NCBI RefSeq assembly: GCF_009914755.1
Contig: NC_060930.1
Length of the DNA: 64,000 nucleotides
Direction: 5' to 3' (one strand)
Source of the DNA: the human T2T-CHM13v2.0 reference genome, Homo sapiens
Shown: positions 41,176 through 56,334 of the stretch, one piece after another
How the letters are laid out: each line of letters begins with the position of its first letter
Position numbering within the stretch: position 1 is the first letter of the stretch
The notes under the pieces: generated by a model
The model's input: the letters and a program-made list of their open reading frames with translations, nothing else
Databases searched by the model: none
What the model was told of the DNA's origin: nothing
Position numbers and translations under genes: made by a program

Positions 41176-43654
41176 AAAATGTGCTACGAAAATATGACAC
41201 TGATGTAGAATGATTATTCTTCTGATCTTCCATCAGTATGACATGCTCTTTGTGCTTCCCACATGAATGGGAATACTATGTCATTGATCCATGCACAGTC
41301 TTAGCCTAATTCCTCCTAGCAATTATCCATCCCAAGGATCATATTTGGAGATGGTATCTGCAAGTTAGAAGCAGAATTATTTGTGACTTAAAAGAAAGAA
41401 CAATGAATAAGAAGTCATTGTTTCCAAGTTCTGCTTCTGATTCTGCCAAGTGACCCCAGTTTGTGTCTAGAAAAGTCAAAACAGGTAACCATTCTGGATC
41501 TCTCTTCCCTAAGCTGAGACATGAAGAGATGGACAGATGAACTCTGATACTTCATTCCAGACTTTGATGTTTTTCTTTGTACAGACATAATTGTTCACAC
41601 TGGGACTTGATGCATGTCCTTGGCTTCATTGATGGAATGAATGAACTTCTACATGCTGACTGGTTGAGACAGCAAAGGAAGACAATGGTTCATTCTATGG
41701 TTTATGATAAATACTAAGTTACTGAAAGAAAGATGATTCAGTTTTAAAAATTGGCTCCCAGGTCAGGATTCAGATGATAAATAATTCCAGTCAAATAGTT
41801 ATTGTATTCAAAGAAGTTTCATAATATCTTTTCAATTGGTCACTATGGACAGAGGGTCATCAAAATTACTGCTGGAAATGTCCTAAATGTACTAACATTG
41901 TTAGGCAAGAATAAAGTAAAATATTGCTGTAGCTGTTGGTGAAACCTGAGCTTGAATATTTGATATTGGACTTCGCCTTGGTAGAGAAGAGTCTAAGTGG
42001 ACTATTGAGAAAATAGCCCATTTCTTGAAGTATGGATCACTAAGCTTAGAATCAGAAATCGAAGATTTTGAAACTGTTTGATGTCTGATTTAAACTAAAT
42101 GTCTTGAAAATGCCCTTGGTTGCTTTATTAGAAAACAATTATGCTGTTAATGTATTATCACAGGAAATATTTTCTTATACAAAAGACAATATTAATGTAA
42201 TATCATAGGAAAGTGCTAATAATTGCAAAACAATCACTTTGTATTCAGTTCTACTTGTTACTATTCAGTTCTACTTATTCAATTATCCAGTTCTGCTTAT
42301 AACCAATTGTTTATTTGAACTTTTAAAAAATAATAAGAGTTTCATTCAAGTGAGCATACCATGGCAACTATGAACAGGATTTCTCGAATATATAGAGAAA
42401 CAGAAATGATTCTTTTCAAGGGAAAGGTAAGGAATGTTATTCAAGAATCTAGCTAGGTGTAGTTTTAAAAGGCCTTACTATGTGCCCTAAATTACTCTTA
42501 AGTATTTGGGTAACACTTTTCTTATGCTCTCTGAGGCATGTTTCTAGCAGAACACACATACCCATCATCTACATGGCCACAAGGATTCTTACCCTATCAT
42601 TAGGATTTTTGGTTTAATAGAAAATCCACCAGTTAACTGTTTTGATTACAAACAGGGGTGACAATTAAAAACAAAAGTTTCATATACAGCTGAGCAAAAA
42701 CCAAAAAGTATCATATGTAGCTGAGCAAAGAAAGTATATTTCAAAAATGCTACTGACATGAAAAAAATTGAAAAATCAATGAAATTTTAAGCATGCTTGA
42801 GGTGACTTTATTCAATTCATGAAATAGTAGATGCTAGAGCCAATTATAAAGCAATTGGTTAAGGCTTGGTTTTTGAGGACCTAAAGGGAAGACATTGCTC
42901 TATGCTGCTTCCTGTTAATAAGACCTGATTTTATTTTGGTAATTTCATTGCCACTAATATCAGTCTGAAGCTCCAAACTGATATGGTGTAAATTCCATTA
43001 TCAGACCAATAAAAATTTAGCATCTGCAACTCTTCATACAACTTTATTACTTTTTTCTATTATTATTCTTGTTAAAAAGAGTACTATAATAGCACTCTTA
43101 ACCAACATTCTTATCTCATACTTCCCTAACCTTGTGATTGTCTATGATTTTTTTTTTCCATTTCATCAACTCATGAAATAGGTTTCTTAAAGGGGTACTA
43201 TGGGTACTTTTTACAAGAGTACTTCATGGTTTCCAAATGCTAGTGACAGCCCCACAACAACTACAACTACATTTGCCATCACACGTGGCTCAATAGGGTG
43301 GTTGAGAACCATTCTAATGTATATATTGTAATCCCCCAACAAGACAGACCCAAAGTTATCTTCTCTTTTGTAGCATTTGCTCCATTCCTCGTTTATCAGT
43401 ATATTCCAGTGGAATTCATTGCCATCTTTCTTACCACATTTTGCAAGTAGGTTAATTAATTTCTTTCCTACCTCCCTTTTTCCCTTCTACTTCTTCCTTC
43501 CTTTTTTTCTCTCCCTCTTTGCTCTCTCTCATTCTTTTCTTCCCCCCCTTTGCTCTGTGTGTCTAGGTGTCTCTCTTTCTCTGTCCCTCTCCTTTTCCTG
43601 CTACTCTCTGAGCCAACTGAGGACAAGAACGCTGTGGCATACACTTCTTTGTCT

Positions 43655-43718
43655 ATAGCATACCCCAAAGTGCCTGGCACAGAGTAGGCATTCAATAAAT
43701 GTTGTTGAATTGAATTAA
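43655..43718 (+). mobile_element. L2 3' terminus
   Basis: 'agtgcctggcacagagtaggcattcaataaatgttgttgaattgaa'. Confidence 0.85.
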
Positions 43719-43814
43719 ATTGTTCTTTTTCACAAAAGACTGCAAGCTCTTCCAATCTAGAAGCACTTTAATTATGCTAATTGGCATCAATTTAATTGTG
43801 ACTCCAAAGCCAAA

Positions 43815-43950
43815 CCTGACAGCACCAGAATTATTTAGAGAGCTTTTAAAAATGCAGATTCAAGGGCCTTACTCCAAAACTACTGAATCAGAATCTGCAT
43901 CTGCAAGGAAGCCTAAGAAATGATATTTTGGCAAAGTTTTACAGTGATCT
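43815..43950. mobile_element. MER5A-like fragment
   Basis: 'gagcttttaaaaatgcagattcaagggcc...tactgaatcagaatctgcat'. Confidence 0.65.
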
Positions 43951-44026
43951 CATTCCTTTCCTGAGCCTTGGCTTTAAGTAAAACCCTTTTAATTACCTTG
44001 TGCTATTGAGAAAATAGAAAGGTATT

Positions 44027-44402
44027 TGTATTAGTTCATTCTTTCACTGCTATAAAGATACTACCTGAGACTAGGTCATTTAACCTCCATTTATTTATAA
44101 ACCTCCAATTAAAGGGGGTTTATCTGACTCACAGTTCTGTATGGCTGGGGATGCTTCAGGAAAGTTATAATCATGGTGGAAGAAGAAAGGCATGTCTTAC
44201 ATGGCAGCCGGAGAGAGAGAGCAGGAAAAACTGACACTTTTAAAACCATCAGATTTTGTGGAAACTTCCTCACTATCACTTGAACAGCATGGGGGAAACC
44301 ACCCTCATGATCCAATCACCTCCTACCAGGTCCTTCCCTTGATACATGGGGATTATAATTCGAGATGAGATTTGGGTGGGGACACAGAGTAAAATCATAT
44401 CA
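44027..44402 (-). mobile_element. MaLR solo LTR (MSTA/THE1D-like)
   Basis: 'tgtattagttcattctttcactgctataaagatactacctgagact' to 'gagatttgggtggggacacagagtaaaatcatatca'. Confidence 0.88.
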
Positions 44403-45704
44403 ATACTCCTTAAAAAAATCAGGTCTTTTTCTATATTATGAGATACCCTACAGGAAAACAGAGAAACTTGAAAAGCATTCACAAGATAAATGCATTGAGT
44501 TATCATATATTTTTGACCACATTAAATAATAAAGTATACTAACAAGCTGTTATCAAGATGCAATTTTAATTATTCAATTACATGAATAAAATGCTGGGTA
44601 GAGATAAAAATTTGAAAGTGTTTTCTCCTTTGTTGAAGAAGTGTTTTAAAATAAACACCCTTCTAACAATTCCGATGCTCATCAAGCTTTTCTAGTGTAT
44701 TTACGTTTGAGATAGTCCTTATATATTGTTCTTTTTACTGTGGCAAATGCAAATACTATGACCCACAATGCCATTTAATGGCATTTACATTTGAGCTTGG
44801 AGTGTTTGCATTTGAGCAAACATTCAAATTTTGAGTGGAGTATTTGCATTTCAGCTTGGAGTGTTAGAAGTCAGCTTCACCCTTTCTTCCTCTTCCTCTT
44901 CCTCTTTGGAATATGTCTATATTCCTTGTTTCAAGGTACCTCAAGTAAACATATTTATGTGTAGTTGAAAATCATCATTAGAAAAAAGGATGTGCGATTG
45001 GAATGCTGTTGGGTGACACTAGGCTATAAAAGTCAAGAATGTCCAAATCCCGCCTTGCTTCAGCCATTTCTCCCCCAAGTGAGGTCCCCAAGGGAGACCA
45101 AAATATAATGAAAATAGTAAAGGAAATTGTCATTTGTGCTTTGTTGATAGTGACCCAACTCAAATATAGCTATCCCTTAAAAACTGGGATACAGTATGTG
45201 ATTTTGGCCTATAGAGGTTTCCTTCCCTCTTTTCCTACCAGAAACTTAATTCTGACCATTGTATCACCTTTAGATCAGAACATGTGGAACAGGTTAATGA
45301 AGAGATGAGGTTGATGAGCACCTCAATGAGAAATGGCCTGCTCTTTCTCTGAGTAGGTGAATAGCCCTAGCCTATTACTACAGTTGTTAGAAGGAAGGAG
45401 AAAGAAGTTAGCTGGTAATTGTATGGGCTTCCTTGCAACCAGGTGAAGGGAGAGGATAATGTCAACAAAAGCAAATAATCAAGTTCCTTCCATTTCAAGG
45501 GAATATATTACCATGGAAAAGAGAAGTAGGCAGAGAGTGTGTGAACTTCAGTGAGACTAGTAAACCAGCCCTTCTAGGGAGTGGAAGGTGAAGGGCTGGA
45601 GGATGAAGCCCCACTCTGGTGTAAGGAGAGGTACCTAGCCCCACTCTCCTTTAGAGGCCTAAAGCTACAATTTGTTTGGTCCTTACTAAATGGCAGGCAC
45701 TTTT

Positions 45705-46265
45705 CATAAACCAGTGCAGTAGAAATAAAGACTGTCCAAATGAAAACAAACAAAGGCTATTTATTCAGAGCTTGCTATAGCCGCCAAATGCAGCCACCAC
45801 TTTGCATTTGGCAAACTCAAAGGCAGGCAGAAGAGTAGGAAAACTTTATAGTGAAAAAAGGGAAGGCTTTAGGTATGCCCTGATGTGAGGCTCTTGGCAT
45901 ATAAAGCTGCAGGTGGGCTAAGCAGAAATAGGATATCCTACATGATTGGCTAAGAATGCATATTTGGCTTTTTCTGTAGGTTTAAAGTTGGAAGTGGAAA
46001 CAAAAGTTAGGGCAGCTGTCAATTATTAATCCAATTCTGGCCATTTTCGGCCGAGTGCTACAGAGATTATCACTTGGCTTCCTCAATTATTACTAGAGAT
46101 AACATTCTGACTTCCAAAAGTTCTGACTTATAGCAGCTTGGCTTCCTGGGCTGATTATTATTGATAAGGATTGGCTTCCTGGACCTGGTTGTTACAGCTT
46201 ATGGATCAAATTTCTTTTTTTAAATATATGATTGGTCATTGTCTGTTTGTATATTCAGTCTCTCA
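45705..46265 (-). mobile_element. ERV1-type solo LTR (MER89-like)
   Basis: Reverse complement starts 'tgagagactgaatatacaaacagacaatgacc'; repeated 'ttggcttcctgg'; minus-strand TATAAA (~45845) and AATAAA (~45760). Confidence 0.65.
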
Positions 46266-46274
46266 CTTATAATC

Positions 46275-46425
46275 TTGCTGCTCAAGGCATGATCTATGAA
46301 CCAGCCATGTTGGGGTCAACTGTGAGCTTGTTAAAAATGCAAAATATCAAGCCCCTCCTCAGATCATTGAATCAGAATCTACCATGTGATTCTTACCAAC
46401 ATTAATGTTTGAAAAATACTAAGTC
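46275..46425. mobile_element. MER5A-like fragment
   Basis: 'gagcttgttaaaaatgcaaaatatcaagcccc...gaatcagaatct', 'aatgtttgaaaaatact'. Confidence 0.65.
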
Positions 46426-49400
46426 ATAATTCACCCTAATTTCACCACAGGGAAGCTTTATCCCTGTTTTTAAAACAAGGAAATAAAGGCTCAGAGGCAT
46501 TGGCCCTAGGTTGTAAACCCAGCTGACTTCCAAGCGCTGCCTTTTGTGCTCAAATGAACCAAACCATTATTTTTTTTCTCAACAGAGTAAGGACTAATAA
46601 GTATCATGAGGTGACACAGAACCACATGCCAGTGGACTACAAGATAACCTATTCTTCACAAGAAGCACCAGGCAACATAGTGAAGTATCATTGTAGACTT
46701 TGATGAGGTCTCATGAAGAAATATCAGATTAGTGAGCCATTGGATCCCCAAGGAAAGAACATTTCTGCTGTTATGGGGAATCTTCAAAGGGCTCTAAATG
46801 GAGCAGGGACTATTGAGCTTAGATCTGTGATATTTCTTTCTTCTCATAGGAAACAAATGTAATCTATTATCACTATTCTTAAGGCATTTCACTTCACAGA
46901 AAATAAAATCATATAGATTACAACAAAGGTAGAATCATGCAATACACACATTTCTGAATTCCTTCTTTGTCCAAAAATAATACTTTTATCATTTTTATTC
47001 TCTGTTTTAGGGAATAAGGAGGACTTGCACTTGATGTCCCAAAGAGCTAGAAAGTTGTGATTATATGTTTCACCATTAAAACTGCCATAAACAAAATTAG
47101 AAAGTTATAAAAGTGTGTCACCAAGGGACCACAGTTGGTGCATCCAGTGAAGCTATACCAAGCTATAGCTATAAGTTTTTTTTTTTTTTTTCTTTTGCCT
47201 CTGAAGGAGTGAGTTGGTCATACCTAAGAAGCTCAGCTGAGGGTTATAGCAGACCCTTCCAGGTTCCCAATGGTCAGGTAAGAGACAGCAGCTTCTAGAA
47301 ACACCACATGTGACAGTTAAAGGTTAATTAACAAAGATTGATGTAATTTGAAGTTCCAATTGAAAATAGGGGCTCATGGGAGTTAGGTTTAACTCTTGCT
47401 TCTGTCTCTCCTTGTCTACCTTCTACCTATAGAGAGACAAGTCAGGTAAAAATGCAATTAATTAATTGACAGTATTCTTTGTATAAAGGATTACATATTT
47501 ATAGAAAAAAGTATGACTAAAGAAATTTTTCTCTCATTTCTTGTAACAGTAGTTGAGAAAAATGAACCTTTTTATTCATATTTTTTCAACACATTTATCA
47601 CTTGATGATAATGAATACAAAGACCAAAAATAAAAAATTTAAACAGGGAGTAGTCACAAAATCCATCAGATGATGGCAGTTACCAATTTTTAAAATAGGC
47701 TCTACTACAAAAATATAATAAAAGATACTTTAAATATTTTTATTTATATTTAATCCCATGAGAAAAAAATCAGATTCTGTATGAATAAAGATCCAGAAGA
47801 ATGTAGCTGAATTGTCTACCTAATAAAGAAACAGAACACATTCTATAGGGTAAACTTTCAAAACAAAATTTAAACTCAGAATAACTGATATACCAGTTTT
47901 AAGTAATAATCCACCAGTAAGAGTGAAAAAAGAAGATGAACCCTCTAATTGCTCTCTTTCTCTCTCTGTCACACACACATACACACGCACAGTGTGTATA
48001 TTTTTTTACAGAATACAATTTTAAGCTTTCATTCTTTTTCCATGGCATGTATAGTCTCATGCTTTACTTACAGAAAAAGACATTAAGCAAAAGGAAGCCA
48101 TTTCACTTCGTTTTGAGATGGGAGACCTTCCTTAGGATATTGTGTTCAGTCAGGTTCACGTTTTATTTGTACAGAAAGCTCAATACTGTGAGGTCATGGA
48201 AACATTGGGGATTAACTTTCATGCATCTGAAAACCAACTGATAGAGCTAGCAGACCTCCAGGTGAAAGAGTAGAAACAATTCTGTTGGTCATATTTTCAA
48301 AAATCTACTAAAGTTGTTTCAGGGAATCCCAGGGCCAAATGGAAGTCAGTGTGAAAGCTCCAAATCAGTGTGGCAGCTGAATACATTTGAGCAAATTTAA
48401 CATAATTTTTCTTGTCACACACACAAACTGCATGTATTCTTTAAAAGGCTTAAATGTCTCTAAAATATTACAGTTCATCTATCTGATATACATTCACTCT
48501 ACTTCACATATTTTTCTAAAAACTTAAGCATATGCATAATATTAAGACTATAGGTAAAATATTTTTTCAAGCACAAATAACAGTAACAAAATTGTAATAC
48601 AAGACACACAGAGAACCAGAGGGAGAAGTCTTAGATCCTGGAATTTCAAATGAGACCAAGCAAAAGTTATAACCACAATCATCCCTATTTGGAAATGTTT
48701 ATTATTAATTTCAAAAAGTGAATATAAATGAAACACAGACATCATCCAACATTTAAAAGCCCCAAAATGACAGAAAGTATTTTAATTACAAACTTAATAT
48801 GCACCATTCACATTTATTAAAGAAGTCAAATTGCAATATTATTTTTACTTTATAAACATTCCCTTTGGTATTCAAACCCAGAGAAGGCATCATATTTCCA
48901 CTTTGACTGCAAATTCAGTAGTAGTGAGGAATACTTAATAGGTGCTTGTGGTGATTTCAGGGTAAATTCAGAGAGTAGAAGTCTTGCATGAGTCACAAAG
49001 ACAACATCTTTAAGTACAATAGAAAATGCTTTACATATGGTGCACATTTTTCCTGTTAAGAGGATAGATACCCTCAAGTTCAGGAATATAGAAAATAAAT
49101 GGATGTAACGTTGGTTTATCTGTGACTACAGAGCAAAAATTTATTCATCTGGCATTTAAAATAATGCCCTATACTCTAAGCAACAGGTGCATAGTAAATT
49201 GAGCTAAAAGGTTATAATAAGGATATAGGTCTAATTTGGAAAATACATATTTTGCAATGGTTGTATTTTTTCTAATTCTCAAAATAAGTATTGTTTCTCA
49301 ATGGATTGAGCTAAATACTATCAAAACCTGAGTGCGATTGCTTCAGGTGAGACACGCTCTTTTAAACCTATTTCTTAAAAAGATTCCTGTTGAACTTAGA

Positions 49401-50510
49401 AGCAGTAAGATAAAGACAGAAAAACACTGTAAGAAGAGTCAGAAATCTCAGGGTCCTGCTACTCAATTGATGTGGTTTCGGTCACATTACCAATCACTTA
49501 CTTCACCTCACAAGTTCAAGAAACCAAAGCTCTCTCCAGTGCTAACCTTTTATGATTTTATTATTTCTTGAATGTTTCTCTTTACAATGATAGTAATAAT
49601 AGCAACAATATCGACAGTAATACATTAAAGAAAAACAACAGTGGGAGTCAGACAATTTATGTTATGATTACTTTTCTTTCAGTAGATTGTGAAATGATCT
49701 AGCATGAGTTTCTTCTCTGAGTCTTGGTGTCTTTTTTCTTTTCTTTTTATTTATATGAAGGACAAGAACAAAGCTCTTTCAATCAAATTCTACTTAACTC
49801 TAAAAGACAAACCTGCAAACATGCATACATATGCATGCACACACACAACCACACCTACATATATAGTAGTTGAAAAGCAAAACAAAGCAAGATGCCTACT
49901 TAAGTATGTATTTTTCCCATTATAACACACTGACATCCATCAATGCATTGATTAGCATTGCCTCATTATTTTGTTTTGTGTTGACCCTTAAATAAAACGT
50001 GACCTGATATTTCTATTTAATTGAAGAATATCCTGAGATTTTCAGAAATTTGGGCTTAGATATTCCTACAAATACTTCCGTAATGCATGATACAGAAAAA
50101 AAATGCATGATTTTAAATATTTGTTTTATCAGAACTGTTTTTACTGAATGACTTTATAGTAAATAAGTTATAGAAACTGAACTTATAAATTATATGAAAA
50201 GCATTGTTTTGTATATTTTTTTAATTTTGTATATTGGGACTCCAATAGAAAATTTTACATAATTTCAAAGACTCATATTTTTAAGCTTGAAAATCTTGAA
50301 TCAACTGTTCTATAAAGTCTCCGACCTTGAATAATTTTAAACAATTGGCCAGAGAAGAGATCTAAAAGCTATACTAATTAGATGCAGAGAAAGCACTAGT
50401 TATATTCTCTACCAAGGGTGGCTGCTGGCTGAGTTTCTTCTATAGAAGCTTTGAATGCAGAGAAATGTCATTCTAATCCTGGGGAAATCCTGACAAGAAT
50501 CCAAAGTCTT

Positions 50511-50513
<3 letters not shown>

Positions 50514-50544
<31 letters not shown>
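50514..50544 (+). repeat. A31 homopolymer
   Basis: Uninterrupted run of 31 A. Confidence 0.95.
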
Positions 50545-50549
<5 letters not shown>

Positions 50550-51540
50550 TTCAATGCATAATGAAAATTCCAAAATGAGCTAGTCTCTTCTTTTAGTGAA
50601 AATACAGACGCGCTGACTGGAGGTCAGTCTTTCCTGGGGAAGGAATGTGCCCATCACGCCACGAGTATTAATAGGACGAATTCCTTCATAATAGCAAGAG
50701 GCGGCAAATGCTTTCCTGGCTGTTGTTTTACTGGGGAGAAATAGCGCAATCCTTGCCTGCTTTAACTTAATGAAAATTGCCATGCTTCATTTGCTTAAGA
50801 TTTTGTGCACAGTACTTTGTCATATTATATTAGTGATTTTGGACTACCTCCCTCTATTTAGTAGACAAATTCTCAGGAAATAAGACACAGATTTTAAAAG
50901 AGAATGGGAATGAAAGTGAGAGCTTGGATCATTGAATTATTTTTCTCTCTTTTCTAAAGAAATTGGGGAATAAAGTAGGGGTACTGTAAATGACATGTTA
51001 CCAGATTAATATTTGACTCTCCATTGGATTGGTCCAATCCTAAGAATTTGTGAATGAAAACACTTGTTTGCCATAATTTTCTGAAATAATTAATATTCTC
51101 CTTTTGGTATTTCATGATCCTAAGAGTTTCTTTTGTTAAGCCATTCTGAGCCTGTCCACCTATGACATTTGAAATACTACTCTATTTTTCAAAGCTCAAT
51201 GCAAATCAAATGTCACCTCACCTATTAAAGTTTTTTCATTCTCTCAGTATTCTAATTTTGCCTCTTTCAAACACCAATCAAAGCTCTAGCAGAGATATTT
51301 ATATGTCGTTACTACTTTATCACATTATTAGGACAAAATAGAGGCACTTTTTAAAATAAACTAACAATGTGCATTCTCATAAAATATGAGCAACTGTATC
51401 ATAGGAGTGAAAAAATAATTATTTTATATCTTCAAAGGAAGGAGCATTAGAGAATGAAAGAGAATAAATGAAGCCAAAGAATAATCTGACTGAATAAAAA
51501 TAATAGAATTCAAACATGTGTTAAGCGACCACCACTTTCT

Positions 51541-52711
<1,171 letters not shown>

Positions 52712-54139
52712 TAAAGAATATGTCATTAGGACTATTTCAGGCATCTGTCAAGGAGCAGGAGTTGTGTGCTCTTGTGGAGGAGTAGTGACTGCAGCTAGCT
52801 AGGAGCCTCCCTGAGACTGCAGCCATCAGCAAGCCTGCTGCGGCGCACTGTGCACTCCCCTCTAAGTAGACTGAGAGCTCCTCCAGCACAACCGTTACTG
52901 TAGGAACCCTACCCAGTAAAGAAAAGGAAATGAGTGAATGAAGTAATGCTGAAAATGCTCATTATTCTTAGCATTTTAGTTTAGAAGAATCCATAAATTT
53001 GCAAATACTCATTCTGAGTTGTTTAATGAAATACTTTGTTTTGATAAGTTATTTGTTAAGCCATGCCTGATCCAAAACATCCCTTTACTTCTGCTACCCT
53101 GTTAGTAGCTTTATAAGAAGTTTTCTGTTTTCTCTGGGATTCAGGCCTGAGAATGATTTCTGTCTTCAATCCATTCCTGTTAATGCAGAGCTGCAGTCAA
53201 GCATTACGAGAGAGGTAGAGGTAAAGTAAACCCGATGAAGAACTTCAGGCTGCTTTTATTCTGTCTGTTCTGATTGGTTCTTGGTATGCAAACTATCTTT
53301 GAGTGACATGATTCAGGCTGAAGTTCTCACTGAAATTCTCATACAAGTTTCTTTTTAGACTTGAAAGCAATAACATAGCAACACGAAGAAAATGATTGTT
53401 GACTGAGATTCAGCCAGTTTTAAAGGCTGCATTCAGGCTCTTTGTTTACATATAAATGAAAAAAATAGAGACAAATCACCTTTGTGACCTGTATTATTAA
53501 TTACAGCTATTCCAGGGATGGTTGAGAGGAGGTGAGTTGACCTTCATCAAAACCTGCAGAGGAAATCTGTTCAGAACAGCTATATCAAACATTATAAGAT
53601 CATTTTACTCCTAGTATCTTCTGTGTCCTATGCTTACTTGTTGGCATTAGAGCAGTATGTTACTTGAATAGCAGCATGTGCCCTTGTCCTGGCACGGCTG
53701 GAAGTGCAATAGCAAGAATAATGATGTGTCATTCCAGCTTGTAGATTTTGCTAACTCCCAGGCAAATTGAGCGGTCTGTCTTGCTGTAAGTTATTACACG
53801 GAAGTTTGACACTCAACTCCTAATAAATTCTGTAACTCTATCCTGCTGTTGTTTTTTTTTTTTTAATTTGAAGTTTGGAATTCAATACCATTCTACTTTT
53901 TCTGGCTACTTCTCAGCATCTAACAATTTCTTTTATCTATAGTAGTCCACAAACCATATTTCAAATGCTTAATGCTCACCTTCCTCACCACCACATACAC
54001 ATACATGTTTGACATTTGTCATAGTTCTTTGCCCTCGTAATTGGTTCTCTGTTCTAAAAGAAACACCTGACAAATATGAAGATCTCTCATTTTTGCCTAA
54101 ACCAGTAGTTGTTTTCAATGTGATGTCTGTGAACTATGT

Positions 54140-54300
54140 TCCTGAGCTTTATCTGGGCTGCTTACTAAAAAGGCAGATCCCCAAGCCCAACAACCTCAGT
54201 TTATAGAATCAAAATTGCTAGAGGTAGTGCTGAGACATCTGCAATCTCTAATACATAATTTTTTAGATGATTCCTAAACTGCATTTTGAGAGACACTGAA
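54140..54300. mobile_element. MER5-like fragment
   Basis: 'cttactaaaaaggcagatcccaagccc', 'gagacatctgcaatctctaata', 'ttttgagagacactg'. Confidence 0.55.
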
Positions 54301-54350
54301 TTATATAAATGTATAACCTTTGCTCTGCATGCCTATTTATAAAACTAATC

Positions 54351-54660
<310 letters not shown>

Positions 54661-56334
54661 AGAAACTAACCAAGGTTGAATAAGCAATATCAAACCTCAC
54701 ATTCCTGCTTCCTGAAGTCCAGTCAAAAGATCTCCACCAGCACTCACTACCCCACCTAACCACCGTCATCTTTCATGTTGCTAGCTAATGAAGGTGCACT
54801 TTTATCTGACACTGTGGCTGGGGCCATTGTGAGTGGAAGCTTTTCAACTGTGTTAAGAAGAACCCCTAATTCCTGAAAGCAGAGATCATAGGTGACACAC
54901 CAGCTGATTGATCACCAGGCATTCATTCTATTGGCTCAATTTGGGTGATCAGATTGTAGCTTGCATGATTCGCTGTAAAATGAAGCAAAAGGTTAGAGGT
55001 TGGAAAGTTCTAGTAAACATTAGATGGTGTCAAAAGCATCCCTCAGGTCAACATGTTACCCTTTTCGTTAAACCTTGTTTAAATTACAGGTCATTAAGAT
55101 TACTGCTCATACCTTTAGTAAACCCAGTGAAAGAAAAGATAAATTCACATGCTCTACTGGGTGAAAGATAATTACTAAAATAATAAGATGACATAAGCAA
55201 GCAGGGGTTAAGGGAGGAATTACATAATTTTTTAATAGAAACCACTTATGACTTAAAGGATTCATTGTTAGCTATTTATTCAATTTTCAAACATTACAGT
55301 CAAAAGAGTTTTGTAGGTAATTAACTAATTTTTTTCTCTCTTTTTTCCTTCTCTTTGAAGATCTCAGGATTCATGAAACCAATTATATTAAAAAGCATCC
55401 CATTCCAACACTTTTGATTATTTTGCTACAACGTTCTTCACCAGGCTTAGACAAATTTTTCCACTTTTGAAGTCCACAGCTGGTTCTGGATTAGCAATCT
55501 GGTGCCTCATTATCAATGCCAGTTTTGGACCTACTGGATAAACTTTTCATATAATTAAAACAATGCTTATGCCCACACTTTTTAAGACACAGCACACATT
55601 CCTTGCCCCTGTGACATTTTCAAGTCCCCTGTGTCCTCACTGTGTTTGTCTTTGGAGAAGTACATGCTACCTATGTCTCCTTTAGAATGTGGGACTCTGA
55701 ACTGAACAGAACATCTGAGGTGTGGTGGGACAGCTAGTTTGTCATATAATAGGTTCTGGATACTGTGTTTTTATGGTACACAGTAAGATTCCATTAGTTT
55801 TATTTTTCAATCATCACAATAATATTCACATGCATGTGAATATCAGTTAAAACTTTTAAGTGTCTCTCCTCACTACACATCACCTCCATGCTGATATTTA
55901 GCCAAACCACCTATATTCTATACCAGGTCCTTTAGTTTCTTAAAATATGTAAATATAGAACAAAATTAATTCACTGATACATTTTTATCTTGTTTGTTTT
56001 GAATAATTCAGTTCACAGAATTAATAATAATTATTTTGTCCAAAATGTAAACTTCCCCACCAACCACCATGTCATCCTTAAACTTACAGACTTTTCATTT
56101 TTGATGGAGATATTATGTAAAGTAAACATTATTGATAAGTTTTTAGACTTTAAAAACATTTTCAAAATGTATGTATTATAAAAAATTAGTAGACCAAGAT
56201 TTTATTTACCAAATTACTTCTACTTGTTTTTAAATGTATATGATATACATATATATCATACATTACTCTATTTCAGTGTAGCTATCTTTATCTTGGATTG
56301 TATTTAAAAGGCAGCTTTATGTAATTTCATTTAA

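Noticed and set aside
45020-45045. TATA-like GCTATAAAAG before the ORF at 45039
   Set aside because: The ATG is too close to the TATA to be transcribed from it, and the peptide has no recognisable features.
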